Shown piece by piece: positions 9,811-19,159 of a DNA stretch of 32,000 bases. The stretch spans positions 1 to 32,000 of the forward strand of contig NZ_QLIR01000006.1 in assembly GCF_003428155.1 (NCBI RefSeq). The letters are read 5' to 3'. Made by a program: the position numbers and the translations under genes. The stretch comes from Fastidiosibacter lacustris (GTDB lineage Bacteria; Pseudomonadota; Gammaproteobacteria; Francisellales; Francisellaceae). How positions within the stretch are numbered: position 1 is the first letter of the stretch; the number at the start of each line of letters is the position of its first letter. The notes under the pieces were generated by a model, which was given only the letters and a program-made list of their open reading frames with translations, made no database searches and had not been told where the DNA came from.

Positions 9811-10906
9811 ATGGAAGTAAATAGCTATAAAACACAATTAAAAGATATGGGTGAACGCTTGGATATCCTGAGGAGGTATCTTTGACTTTGTACACAAAAA
9901 AGAACGACTCGATGAAGTACTGATGGAGCTTGAAAACCCGGCAATTTGGAACAATCCAGAGAATGCACAAGCCTTAGGGAAAGAAAAAAACACATTAGAG
10001 CTTATCGTGAATAATATTACCCAAATTGATAACGGTCTTGATGATGCATTAGAACTCATTGAGCTTGCGCAAGAGGCTGAAGATGAAAGTATTTTGCATG
10101 AGATTATTGCAGAAATACATTCTTTAGAGGGTTCACTTGCAAAACTTGAATTTATGCGGATGTTCAGTAATCCGATGGATCCAAATAACGCATTTTTAGA
10201 TATTCAATCTGGCTCTGGAGGAACAGAAGCGCAAGATTGGGCACAGATGCTGATGCGAATCTATTTGCGTTGGGGTGAAGCACATGGCTTTAAAACGGAG
10301 CTTATCGAAGTATCTGACGGTGATGTCGCGGGCATTAAAAGCTGTACGATTCACTTTGAAGGTGAGTATGCCTATGGTTGGCTTCGTACAGAAACAGGTG
10401 TACATCGTTTAGTACGTAAATCTCCTTTTGATTCAGGTAATCGCCGTCATACTTCATTTGCCTCGGTATTCGTTTCACCTGAAGTCAGTGACAATATCGA
10501 AATTGAGATCAATCCAGCAGATTTACGTATCGATACTTATCGCGCGTCAGGAGCAGGTGGTCAGCATGTCAATAGAACTGACTCAGCTGTACGCATTACT
10601 CATGAACCAACAGGGATTGTGGTGCAATGTCAAACGGATCGCTCACAGCACAAAAACAAAGATCAGGCGATGAAACAACTTAAATCAAAGCTCTACGAGC
10701 TTGAAATGCAAAAACGTAATGTAGAAAAGCAGGCTTTAGAAGAGTCAAAATCAGATATTGGCTGGGGTAGTCAAATTCGCTCATATGTGCTTGATCAATC
10801 TCGTATTAAAGATTTGCGTACTGGTGTTGAAAATACAAATACGCAAGCTGTTTTGGATGGTGATTTAGATAGGTTTATTCAAGCAAGTTTAAAAATGGGA
10901 TTATAA
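9811..10906 (+). CDS. prfB: Peptide chain release factor 2, expressed via programmed +1 ribosomal frameshift
   Basis: Frame 0 runs ATG 9811 to CTT 9880-9882 and encodes [24 protein letters not shown], followed by an in-frame TGA at 9883-9885. The +1 frame (GAC at 9884) continues as [34 protein letters not shown]..., which joins the 9923-10906 ORF. RF2 hallmarks are present: SPF (RKSPFDSG) and GGQ (GAGGQHVN). Confidence 0.95.
9871..9886 (+). promoter_or_regulatory. prfB +1 frameshift (recoding) site: internal SD + CTT TGA C
   Basis: AGGAGG TAT CTT TGA C at 9871-9886 has the same architecture as the E. coli prfB autoregulatory site (AGGGGG TAT CTT TGA C). Confidence 0.9.
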
Positions 10907-10928
10907 AAAATAAACTTAGGTAATGATA

Positions 10929-12467
10929 ATGGCAGAGCAAATTGAAGATAAAGTATTGACAAAAGAAGAAGTGCAAGTAGAAGAAAATAATCAAATTCAG
11001 GTGCGAAAGGAAAAACTAAAAGAGCATATAGCAAAAAATAATAGCATTGGTTTTACCAATGATTTTAAACCCAATGCAGTAGCTGCATGTTTACAGGCAA
11101 AATATGGCACAATGGAAAAAGCGGAGCTTGAAACACAACAAGATAAGCCGATTGTTAAAGTAGCCGGGCGTATTATGCTAAGGCGTGTTATGGGGAAGGC
11201 TTCTTTTATTACACTACAAGATATGTCTGGTCGCATTCAGGCTTATATTCGCAAAAATGACTTGCCAGAAGGTGAATACGAGCGTTTTAATGCACATTGG
11301 GACTTGGGCGATATTGTAGGCATTGAAGGAACAATTTTTAAAACGAATACGGGTGAGTTATCGGTACATGCAACAAACGTTAAGTTGCTGACTAAAGCGA
11401 TTCGTCCACTCCCAGATAAATTTCATGGACTTTCAGATCAAGAAATGCGTTATCGTCAACGTTATGTCGATCTAATGACCAATGAAGAAAGTCGTCGAGT
11501 ATTTAAAATACGATCAAAGATAATTCAATTTATTCGTCGATATTTTGACGAACATTACTTTATGGAAGTTGAAACTCCAATGATGCACGTTATCCCAGGT
11601 GGTGCTGCGGCTAAACCGTTTGCGACACATCATAATGCACTTGATATGCCACTTTATTTACGTATTGCACCTGAGTTGTATTTAAAGCGTTTAGTAGTCG
11701 GTGGTTTTGATCGTGTTTATGAAATTAATCGCAACTTTAGAAATGAAGGGTTATCTACGCGTCACAATCCTGAATTTACAATGATTGAATTTTATCAAGC
11801 CTATGCTGATTACAAAGATCTGATGGATTTAACCGAAGACTTGTTGCGTAAAATGGCACAAGAAGTATTGGGCATGACCGATATTCATTATCAAGGTCAG
11901 GATTTTGACTTGGCAAAACCATTTGTGCGTATGACTATGTTCGACGCTATATTGCACTTTAACCCTAAGATCACAAAAGAAGCATTATCTGACTTTCAAC
12001 AAGCCGTGTTGATTGCTAAAAAAATGAATCTCAAAATCGAAGCACATTATGGTTTAGGAAAGGTGCAAACCGCGATTTTTGAAGAAACAGTTGAGCATCA
12101 ATTGATTCAGCCAATATTTATTACCGAATATCCAGCGGAAGTATCACCACTCGCACGTAGAAACGATCATAATCCATTTATCACAGATCGATTTGAGTTT
12201 TTTATTGGTGGACGTGAAATTGCCAATGGCTTCTCTGAATTAAATGATTCAGAAGATCAAGCAGAACGCTTCAAAGAGCAGGTTGTAGCTAAAAATGCTG
12301 GTGATGATGAAGCTATGTTTTATGATGCTGACTATATTCGTGCCTTGGAATATGGCTTAGCACCAACCGCAGGTGAGGGTATTGGTATCGATCGCTTGGT
12401 AATGTTCTTCACCAATAGCGCATCCATTCGTGATGTAATCCTGTTCCCCCATATGAGACCTGAGTAG
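10929..12467 (+). CDS. lysS: Lysine--tRNA ligase, class II
   Basis: Collinear with E. coli LysS as I remember it (MAEQ..., [81 protein letters not shown]). The ORF track starts at 10923. The ATG at 10929 has better spacing to AGGT (10918-10921) and matches the MSEQ/MAEQ N-terminus. Confidence 0.95.
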   Translation: MAEQIEDKVLTKEEVQVEENNQIQVRKEKLKEHIAKNNSIGFTNDFKPNAVAACLQAKYGTMEKAELETQQDKPIVKVAGRIMLRRVMGKASFITLQDMSGRIQAYIRKNDLPEGEYERFNAHWDLGDIVGIEGTIFKTNTGELSVHATNVKLLTKAIRPLPDKFHGLSDQEMRYRQRYVDLMTNEESRRVFKIRSKIIQFIRRYFDEHYFMEVETPMMHVIPGGAAAKPFATHHNALDMPLYLRIAPELYLKRLVVGGFDRVYEINRNFRNEGLSTRHNPEFTMIEFYQAYADYKDLMDLTEDLLRKMAQEVLGMTDIHYQGQDFDLAKPFVRMTMFDAILHFNPKITKEALSDFQQAVLIAKKMNLKIEAHYGLGKVQTAIFEETVEHQLIQPIFITEYPAEVSPLARRNDHNPFITDRFEFFIGGREIANGFSELNDSEDQAERFKEQVVAKNAGDDEAMFYDADYIRALEYGLAPTAGEGIGIDRLVMFFTNSASIRDVILFPHMRPE

Positions 12468-12482
12468 AGAAGAAGGGAATAA

Positions 12483-13709
12483 TTAACGAGGCACTTTAAC
12501 AACAAACGTGCCTGCGATAATAATAGCAATAGCTGCAAGGTAAAACGGCAATAATAGATAGATGTTAACCAGCATCCCTAAAGTAAAAGCATTGATTGCC
12601 CAGGCAATCCCGAACACAGAGGTCGTTCCACCCATGATCACGCCTTGTTCATGAGTATCTACTTTGCTTGCGATGACAGACAACAATGCCGTATAAAATA
12701 CTATTTCTAACAGTGATCCGAAAAATGCACTAATAACCATAGAAGTTGGAGTGATCCAGATGGTACACACAATAATTAATGCTCCAATGAGAATAGCTGT
12801 TGTAATCATTGCTTGAATTGTATTTAATCTTTTTAGTACGACATTTTGAAAGTAAAGCGTTGAAGTAGCAAAACCCAAACTCATAATCACAAATACAAAA
12901 CCAATAGCAGCAGACTCAAAGTGGAGGGTCTGTGCCAGTACCAAAGGTAACGTTTGTGCGTAATAACCCCAACCGATTTGTAACATTAAAAAGGCAAGTG
13001 CAAGGATTTGTACGCGTTTGTCAATAAACATGATTCTGAAGCTAAATATTAGACTAAATATTTTAAGCTTTGTGGTTTTTTGAATACGATTGGTATAGGT
13101 TTCTGGCAAAAGCAACCAAACACTGAGTATATTAATTATCGATAAACCTACGCCAAACCAAAATGGGAGGTTGATCGCCTGATATTCTGTTTGTGCTAAC
13201 AATCCAACAACGGTTGTAATAAGTGGTCCCAAAACAAAGCCAATAGATGCAGAAAGCGTGATTAAGCTTAAGTTTTTTATTCGTTTTTCATCACTGGAAA
13301 TATCAAGAATAACAGCCTGAGCAATCCCAAAACTTCCACCAAAAAAACCACAAATAAAGCGGCTTAGCATAAAAATCATAAGCGATTGACAGTTAAGAGC
13401 AATAACCGATAACAGGTAAGCAACAGCTGTGCCAAGTAGCGAAACAAGAATTATAAGCTTGCGTCCATGAATGTCTGATAGTTTGCCTATGATCGCACTG
13501 CCAAGAAAAATACCTAAAGGCCAAAGTGCCATCGATAAACCATAATAAAAATTACGTACTGAATCAATTGTATCAATGTTAAAAAAAGGACTTTGTTTAG
13601 ACATCATGATCTCGGGAATAATAGGGAAAACAAGTCCTACTCCCATGACATCAATAACGATGGTTAGCATTAAAATGCTGATTAATAAGCGATTATTTGT
13701 TGTTTGCAT
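12483..13709 (-). CDS. MFS transporter (DHA1 / Tet-like drug:H+ antiporter type)
   Basis: 408-aa ORF, about 12 hydrophobic segments. MFS motif A-like GKLSDIHGRKLII after TM2. Confidence 0.85.
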   Translation of the reverse strand: MQTTNNRLLISILMLTIVIDVMGVGLVFPIIPEIMMSKQSPFFNIDTIDSVRNFYYGLSMALWPLGIFLGSAIIGKLSDIHGRKLIILVSLLGTAVAYLLSVIALNCQSLMIFMLSRFICGFFGGSFGIAQAVILDISSDEKRIKNLSLITLSASIGFVLGPLITTVVGLLAQTEYQAINLPFWFGVGLSIINILSVWLLLPETYTNRIQKTTKLKIFSLIFSFRIMFIDKRVQILALAFLMLQIGWGYYAQTLPLVLAQTLHFESAAIGFVFVIMSLGFATSTLYFQNVVLKRLNTIQAMITTAILIGALIIVCTIWITPTSMVISAFFGSLLEIVFYTALLSVIASKVDTHEQGVIMGGTTSVFGIAWAINAFTLGMLVNIYLLLPFYLAAIAIIIAGTFVVKVPR

Positions 13710-13751
13710 AAATCATTACCGATAAAAAATTCGTTTATTTATTTAAGTTTC

Positions 13752-13943
13752 TCAAGCATCAGCACCTGTTTGCTTGATTGAGATGCCACCAGTATAGTCT
13801 CCAACCTGACCATTTAGTCTAATAACTCTATAACAAGGGACAATAATTGAAATTGGATTTTTAGCATTGGCGGAACCAGCTGTAAAAGTTAAAGGTGTTT
13901 TATAAATTATTTTAGAGTATTTATTGTTTTCTCTCATCTTCAT
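13752..13943 (-). pseudogene. Remnant of methylated-DNA--protein-cysteine methyltransferase (Ogt/Ada C-domain)
   Basis: The 63-aa ORF holds only the active-site region: AGSANAKNPISIIVPCYRVIRLNGQVGDYTGG versus the canonical ...NP..I.IPCHRV....G.L.GY.GG. About 100 N-terminal residues of a normal Ogt are missing and the PCHR His is Tyr. Confidence 0.5.
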
Positions 13944-14158
13944 ATGCCATAAAGCTTATATTTTCAGTATTTTAAGCATTATCAATTTTTTTTGAAGGAT
14001 AACAAGTTTTGTATATTATAAAAATTGATTTTATTTTCAACGACTGCTGTTGATAATCAATAGAGGTTAACCTTTAGTCTCAAAAATATAGTTAGTTCAT
14101 CAGTCGAAATAAAGATAATATATTGGAAAGTAAGACACTTAAAACTTGCACAGTAAAA

Positions 14159-14650
14159 ATGAAAAAACTAAATAATACCCTCATTCAAAAAATGCTAATG
14201 GATGCGCACGCGTCGCCAAGGTTAAGGTCACACCATAATTTACATTCTGAGTTAAGTGATCCAGTCAACAGACTGTGTATAGCCTTAACAAAAGGCACCT
14301 ATATTCGTCCACATCGTCACTCCGAGTCACATAAATGGGAACTCATCTTAGCACTTAAAGGTCAAACAGCTGTTGTTATTTACGATGATAAGGGTGTGAT
14401 AATTGATAAGTTTATAATTGCACCAAATACTGATATGATGGGTTTTGAAATACCATCAAACACTTGGCATTCGTTTTATGCGTTGTCAGATGAGTCTGTA
14501 TTTTTTGAAGTAAAACCTGGACCTTTTGAGCCAACCCCTGAAACGGATTTTGCAAATTGGGCACCAAAAGAAAGCGAAGTTCATACCATTGATTTTCTAG
14601 CTTGGCAGTTTATTGCGGGACTGGGAGAGAAATATAGAGCTAAACCATAA
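14159..14650 (+). CDS. WbuC-family cupin-fold metalloprotein
   Basis: Pattern PRLRSHHNLH..DPVNRLCIAL..GTYIRPHRH....KWELILALKG..V.IYDD.G recognised as WbuC-type cupin. The ORF-track start at 14123 is TTG; the first ATG is at 14159 (MKKLNN). No strong RBS for either, so the start is uncertain. Confidence 0.65.
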   Translation: MKKLNNTLIQKMLMDAHASPRLRSHHNLHSELSDPVNRLCIALTKGTYIRPHRHSESHKWELILALKGQTAVVIYDDKGVIIDKFIIAPNTDMMGFEIPSNTWHSFYALSDESVFFEVKPGPFEPTPETDFANWAPKESEVHTIDFLAWQFIAGLGEKYRAKP

Positions 14651-15825
14651 TGCTTAAAACAGCGCTTCAAATTTTTTGTATATTTTTAAAGCTAGGGCTG
14701 ACTTCCTTTGGTGGTCCTATTGCGCATCTTGGCTACTTCCATCATGAGTTTGTTGATAGAAGGAAATGGCTATCTGAAAAAGCATATTTGGATGTGGTGG
14801 TGCTTTGTCAATTTTTACCTGGTCCTACTAGTAGTCAAGTGAGCTTTGCTATTGGTTTAAATCGTGCAGGTTATCTCGGAGGAATAGCCTCATGGCTTGG
14901 ATTTACTTTACCATCAGTCCTCATATTAAGTCTTTTTGCCTGGTTGATGGGTGCTAATCAATCTTGGGCTAATACAAGTGTTATTCATGGATTGAAAATT
15001 GTGGCTGTTGTCATTATTACACAAGCAGTTTATTCAATGAGTATAAAGATTTGCAATACAACTAAAACTATGGCAATTGCAATAGCAGCTACTTGTGTTG
15101 CTTTGCTTTTACCATTTGCTTGGGCGCAAGTTCTTATTATTCTTTTTGCTGCTTTGTTTGGAATTTTATTATTAAATCAAAATCATATGACTGGCTTAGA
15201 TTTTTTCTCATCAAAAATTAGTAAGAGAGCAGGAGCGCTATGGTTGATATCTTTTTTTATCTTGCTATTGGTGTTTCCAGTGTTGAATTGGCTGCAAAGT
15301 AGCAAACTATTAGAGTTGTTTAATATTTTTTATCAAACAGGTGCAATGGTTTTTGGTGGTGGACATGTGGTGTTACCTTTATTAGAGGCTAAGCTTGTCC
15401 AGACTGGATTGGTTTCTCAATCAGACTTTTTAGCAGGTTATGGCTTAGCGCAAGCAATTCCTAGTCCTTTGTTTAGCTTTGCTGCTTATTTAGGAGGAAT
15501 TATTGATACAAATAAACCGGTTTTTACAAGCTTAGTTTGCTTAATTGCAATGTTTTTATCAGGTTTCTTATTACTTATGGCTGTTTTACCGTTTTGGCAG
15601 CAAGTTTGTCAAAGGACAAAGGTACAAACAGCACTTAAAGGAGTAAATGCTGCTGTAGTTGGTTTATTATTAGCTGCACTGTATCAACCTGTATGGATAA
15701 GTAGTATTTTAAATACTAAAAGCTTTGTGATTGCTTTGATGTCATTTTGGCTATTACAGGGCTATAAATTAGCGCCTTGGTGTATTGTGGTATTTTGCGC
15801 TTTATGTGGTTGGTTGCTTTTGTAA
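14650..15825 (+). CDS. chrA: Chromate ion transporter (CHR family)
   Basis: 391-aa multi-TM ORF with the duplicated CHR half-motifs FGGPIAHLGYF (N-half) and FGGGHVVLPLL (C-half). Its start overlaps the upstream stop (TAATG at 14648-14652). Confidence 0.85.
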   Translation: MLKTALQIFCIFLKLGLTSFGGPIAHLGYFHHEFVDRRKWLSEKAYLDVVVLCQFLPGPTSSQVSFAIGLNRAGYLGGIASWLGFTLPSVLILSLFAWLMGANQSWANTSVIHGLKIVAVVIITQAVYSMSIKICNTTKTMAIAIAATCVALLLPFAWAQVLIILFAALFGILLLNQNHMTGLDFFSSKISKRAGALWLISFFILLLVFPVLNWLQSSKLLELFNIFYQTGAMVFGGGHVVLPLLEAKLVQTGLVSQSDFLAGYGLAQAIPSPLFSFAAYLGGIIDTNKPVFTSLVCLIAMFLSGFLLLMAVLPFWQQVCQRTKVQTALKGVNAAVVGLLLAALYQPVWISSILNTKSFVIALMSFWLLQGYKLAPWCIVVFCALCGWLLL

Positions 15826-15831
15826 CGTGCG

Positions 15832-16647
15832 TTAGAGAGCTTTAAAATTAAATAAACTCTGATCCAATAGTTGCGAAGGGGAAACTGATTTTAATGAAGA
15901 GAAAATAACTTCTTTTCTACCAGGAGTTTGTGCTTCCATATCTGTTAGCATTTCTTTAACTTTCTTGCGTTGAAGGTTTTCTTGAGCGCCACATAAATTG
16001 CAAGGAATAATCGGAAAGTTCATTTGTGCAGCATAAGTGATGATCTCCTCTTCGCTGACATATGCTAACGGGCGAATAACAATATTGCGACCATCGTCGC
16101 TTTTAAGCTTAGCTGGCATCGCTTTTAGTTGTCCATTGTAAAATAAATTTAAGAAAAAAGTTTCAACTATATCGTCTTTGTGATGACCAAGTGCGATTTT
16201 AGTTACCTTATTTTTGTATGCAAAATCGTATAAAATTCCACGGCGCATTCTAGAGCAAAGACTACAAGTCGTTTTACCTTCGGGTATAATCCGCTTAACT
16301 ACACTATAGGTATCACGCTCAATAATATGATATTCAATATCAAGTTTACTTAAATAGTTTGGTAGTACATCTTTTGGAAAGCCAGGTTGTTTTTGGTCAA
16401 GGTTAACGGCGATGATCTCAAATGAGATAGGTGCTTTTTTCTGTAAAATCAACAATAACTGTAACAATGTATACGAGTCTTTGCCACCAGATAGACAGAC
16501 CATAATTTTGTCATTGGCTTCTATCATATTAAAGTCTTCGATTGCAAGTCCAACCTTGCGCAAAAGACGTTTTTCAAGCTTTGGAAATGGTAAAGCAAGT
16601 AAATCTGTTTTAATTTCAGGAAGTTCAACTTGAATCATTTTGATCAT
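15832..16647 (-). CDS. ttcA: tRNA 2-thiocytidine(32) synthetase
   Basis: 271-aa ORF. PP-loop SGGKDS, Cys pairs [10 protein letters not shown] and CNLCG, overall TtcA-like layout. Confidence 0.9.
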   Translation of the reverse strand: MIKMIQVELPEIKTDLLALPFPKLEKRLLRKVGLAIEDFNMIEANDKIMVCLSGGKDSYTLLQLLLILQKKAPISFEIIAVNLDQKQPGFPKDVLPNYLSKLDIEYHIIERDTYSVVKRIIPEGKTTCSLCSRMRRGILYDFAYKNKVTKIALGHHKDDIVETFFLNLFYNGQLKAMPAKLKSDDGRNIVIRPLAYVSEEEIITYAAQMNFPIIPCNLCGAQENLQRKKVKEMLTDMEAQTPGRKEVIFSSLKSVSPSQLLDQSLFNFKAL

Positions 16648-16740
16648 AAGGTTAAGAGCGTTGCGCTATGATATCTCACTTATAAATCATTGAAAAGTTA
16701 GGACTTAAAGTAAAGCCGTCTGGAATAGACAAAATCTAAC

Positions 16741-17403
16741 TTACTTTTTTCTTACAATTGTTACGCCATCTCCTATCGGTAACAAGGAGGCGTCAACACG
16801 CTGATCATCTTTAATCATCTGATTGACCTCTCTAGTGGTTTGGATGCTTTCATTGACAACATTTGGATCGGCAACTTTACCATTACGTAACATGTTATCT
16901 AGTACCATAATGCCATTCGTTTTTAGCAGTTTATAACTTTTAGCATAGTAATCTAGATAACCTCCTTTATCAGCATCAATATAAATAAAATCAAAAGAAT
17001 TACCTTCATTTTGATCAATTAGTAGCTGTAAGGTATCGCTTGCTGGTGCAATTTTTAACTGAATCTTGTGAGCGACATTTGCCTGGTGCCAAAATGTTTT
17101 ATATTCATTTAGGTATTCATCGGTAACATCACAGGCGTAAACGATGCCATCTTGAGGCAAGGCTTCGGCAATCGCGAGTGTGCCAACACCTCGAAATACA
17201 CCAACTTCAATCGTTTTTTTTGCATTGATTAGTCTAATTAAAAGCTGCATAAAGTGAAGTTGTTCTGGTGCGGTGATCATTTGCGCATGTTGGTCTTGAC
17301 GTGCATGCTCAAATAACTTTTTTTGGATATTACTGTTTGTTGGAGTGTTATCTAAAATGTACTGATGAAGCGCTTGTTCTTTTAGCAAAGTGTCTAAACT
17401 CAT
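16741..17403 (-). CDS. Class I SAM-dependent O-methyltransferase (cation-dependent, caffeoyl-CoA/catechol OMT-like)
   Basis: 220-aa ORF. SAM motif I IEVGVFRGVGTLAIAEAL. FIYIDADKGGY is typical of this OMT family. Confidence 0.85.
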   Translation of the reverse strand: MSLDTLLKEQALHQYILDNTPTNSNIQKKLFEHARQDQHAQMITAPEQLHFMQLLIRLINAKKTIEVGVFRGVGTLAIAEALPQDGIVYACDVTDEYLNEYKTFWHQANVAHKIQLKIAPASDTLQLLIDQNEGNSFDFIYIDADKGGYLDYYAKSYKLLKTNGIMVLDNMLRNGKVADPNVVNESIQTTREVNQMIKDDQRVDASLLPIGDGVTIVRKK

Positions 17404-17597
17404 GATGAAAGTCTCCGTTACTTTTAATTTTTATGACTTAATTACTTTACCTATCTTGAGCGCAAATTTCTAGAAAGTTAGTTCTGGGTCATCAATGTGT
17501 AATTTCTAAATAATTATAAATTGTCTTTGACAATAAATTTGCTGTTTTGTAGACTCTTCGGGAATTTGGATTTGATGGGAAATTTAGAGGGAGATAA

Positions 17598-17987
17598 ATG
17601 GCTAAGAAGTTGGCACTTATTGGATTTGGTGCAGCTAATTTGTGTGTATTGACGCAATTGAACAAACACCTAAAATACAATGAGATTGAAATTGATATTT
17701 ACTCACCTTTAACAGGGGGGGGAGGTTTATTCGAGGCTTAGCCTATCAGGAAGATATAGATAAGTTGTTATTAAATCACCATCATAAATATATGTCTATC
17801 GACCTTGATGCTCCTGATGATTTTAGTTATTTGTGGAATAAAAGTTAATTATGCCACATCAGAAATTGCACCTAGGTTTTATGCAATTGGGCACTTAACC
17901 TGTGGCACTTTTTTATATACACAATCAATACCTCATTTGGCAAGCAGAGCTAAAACGATCGTTGAACATTTAATGGAGATAATATGA
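17598..17987 (+). pseudogene. Decayed FAD/NAD(P)-binding oxidoreductase gene (frameshift in G8 tract + large internal deletion)
   Basis: Strong RBS GAGGGAG, then ATG at 17598. The product MAKKLALIGFGAANLCVLTQL (GxGxxN Rossmann start) runs ...PLTGGGG to a TAG at 17739. One extra G would give TGGGRFIRGLAYQEDIDKLLLNHHHKYMSIDLDAPDDFSYLW (G.GLAY...LLN...MS motif of FAD-NAD(P)-binding proteins), ending at a TAA at 17846. Frame 0 then resumes with a C-terminal-looking piece, PRFYAIGHLTCGTFLYTQSIPHLASRAKTIVEHL. Its stop overlaps the next gene's start (ATGA at 17984-17987). Total coding is about 130 aa versus about 450-600 aa expected. Confidence 0.6.
17715..17722 (+). repeat. Homopolymeric G8 tract at the frameshift point of the decayed oxidoreductase gene
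   Basis: Direct reading: aaca GGGGGGGG aggttt. Confidence 0.95.
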
Positions 17988-19159
17988 AAGTAATTACTGG
18001 TGGCTGGAAAATAATATCATTTATTGATCTTATGAAATTAAAAATCAATGAAGATACTGTAGTAATGACAGAAAATAATCATGATTTACTCGTTCATCTT
18101 AAGTCGTTGAACATATTTAAAGACGTGATTGGGTATGATGATTATTATAACAATAACAGCGTTTTGCGCGATATAGAACAACTGCATCAGCAACAAAACA
18201 TTACCGATATTATTCCTCTTTCTGAGGCGGATATATTACGGATGGCTGATTTGCGCGATAAGTTAAACATTCCTGGACAACGTTATAAAGAAGCTTTATT
18301 ACTTAGAAATAAACAGCACATGAAAGATAGAGCGGCAAGTTATGGTTTGCACACGGTAATTCCTAAACCAGTTAGCAAACTTGACTTCAATTATCCGTTT
18401 GTTTTAAAAAGTGAAGATGGGGTGGGTAGTTACAATACCTTTATTATCACCAGCAAAGATGACTACGAGAGAGTTAAACATCTCATTACAGACAATTATA
18501 TATTTGAACCATATATAGAAGGTGATATGTATATAATTGATGGTCTTGTATCAAGAGGTAAGGCAATCTATATTAATCCAGGCAGGTATATCGGGACCCC
18601 ACTTAATTTTGTTGGTGGCAATACACAGTCAGTGATGCCACTTTTTGAATATCATCCCTTTTATGATCAATTATTGAGTTATGGTAAAAATCTGGTTGAA
18701 AATGTTTACCCTATGCCCACGCATAGTTGGTTTCATATCGAAGTATTTGTCGATAAAAATGGCTATATAACGCTATGCGAGATTGCTTGCCGAGCTCCTG
18801 GGGTCAACATTCCATTTAACTATAAACTTTCACATGATACAGATATTAATGTTGAACATATTAATTTGCACTACATTCACAATTATGTATGCCCACCAAA
18901 AGTAATCAAAAATTATAAAGTGGGTTCTATGTTCGTTCCACCTAAAGAGGGAAAAATATTGGCTAAACCAAGGCTTCCAGATAGTCAAAATATTATTGAT
19001 ATTGTAGATATGCTAAAAGTGAATCATCAATATGAAAAAATGAAAATGAGTAATGATCCAATTTATAGAATAGTATTCAAAGCAAAGTCAGATCAAGAAT
19101 TTGACTTTATTGTATCAGAACTTAATGAGTGGGCTAGAAATTTGTTATGGGTCAACTAA
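17984..19159 (+). CDS. ATP-grasp domain ligase (carboxylate-amine ligase type), full length
   Basis: 391-aa ORF. Central-domain Lys in PFVLKSEDGVGS, hinge FEPYIEGDMYIIDG, C-terminal Mg-ATP site FHIEVFVDKNGYITLCEIACRAPG. Confidence 0.8.
   Translation: MKVITGGWKIISFIDLMKLKINEDTVVMTENNHDLLVHLKSLNIFKDVIGYDDYYNNNSVLRDIEQLHQQQNITDIIPLSEADILRMADLRDKLNIPGQRYKEALLLRNKQHMKDRAASYGLHTVIPKPVSKLDFNYPFVLKSEDGVGSYNTFIITSKDDYERVKHLITDNYIFEPYIEGDMYIIDGLVSRGKAIYINPGRYIGTPLNFVGGNTQSVMPLFEYHPFYDQLLSYGKNLVENVYPMPTHSWFHIEVFVDKNGYITLCEIACRAPGVNIPFNYKLSHDTDINVEHINLHYIHNYVCPPKVIKNYKVGSMFVPPKEGKILAKPRLPDSQNIIDIVDMLKVNHQYEKMKMSNDPIYRIVFKAKSDQEFDFIVSELNEWARNLLWVN

Noticed and set aside
9782-10059. Minus-strand ORFs 9782-9970 and 9838-10059
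   Set aside because: They are antisense to prfB, including its frameshift leader. prfB explains the region fully.
12468-12482. Looked for rho-independent terminators at the convergent junctions lysS/MFS (15 nt) and chrA/ttcA (15826-15831, 6 nt), and at 21531-21584
   Set aside because: The spacers are too short or contain only 4-6 bp stems with large loops (for example ATCAGT/ACTGAT at 21.5 kb). No GC-rich stem plus T-tract is present.
10196-12538. Small ORFs inside or antisense to prfB and lysS (10196-10405, 10428-10673, 10997-11236, 12332-12538)
   Set aside because: They are alternative-frame or antisense ORFs within highly conserved housekeeping genes.
17805-17987. 60-aa ORF treated as an independent gene; also the 17492-17680 minus-strand ORF
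   Set aside because: The 3' part of 17805-17987 reads as the C-terminal remnant of the decayed FAD-binding gene, and its 5' part overlaps another frame of the same remnant. The minus-strand ORF is antisense to the remnant's RBS and start, and has no features.
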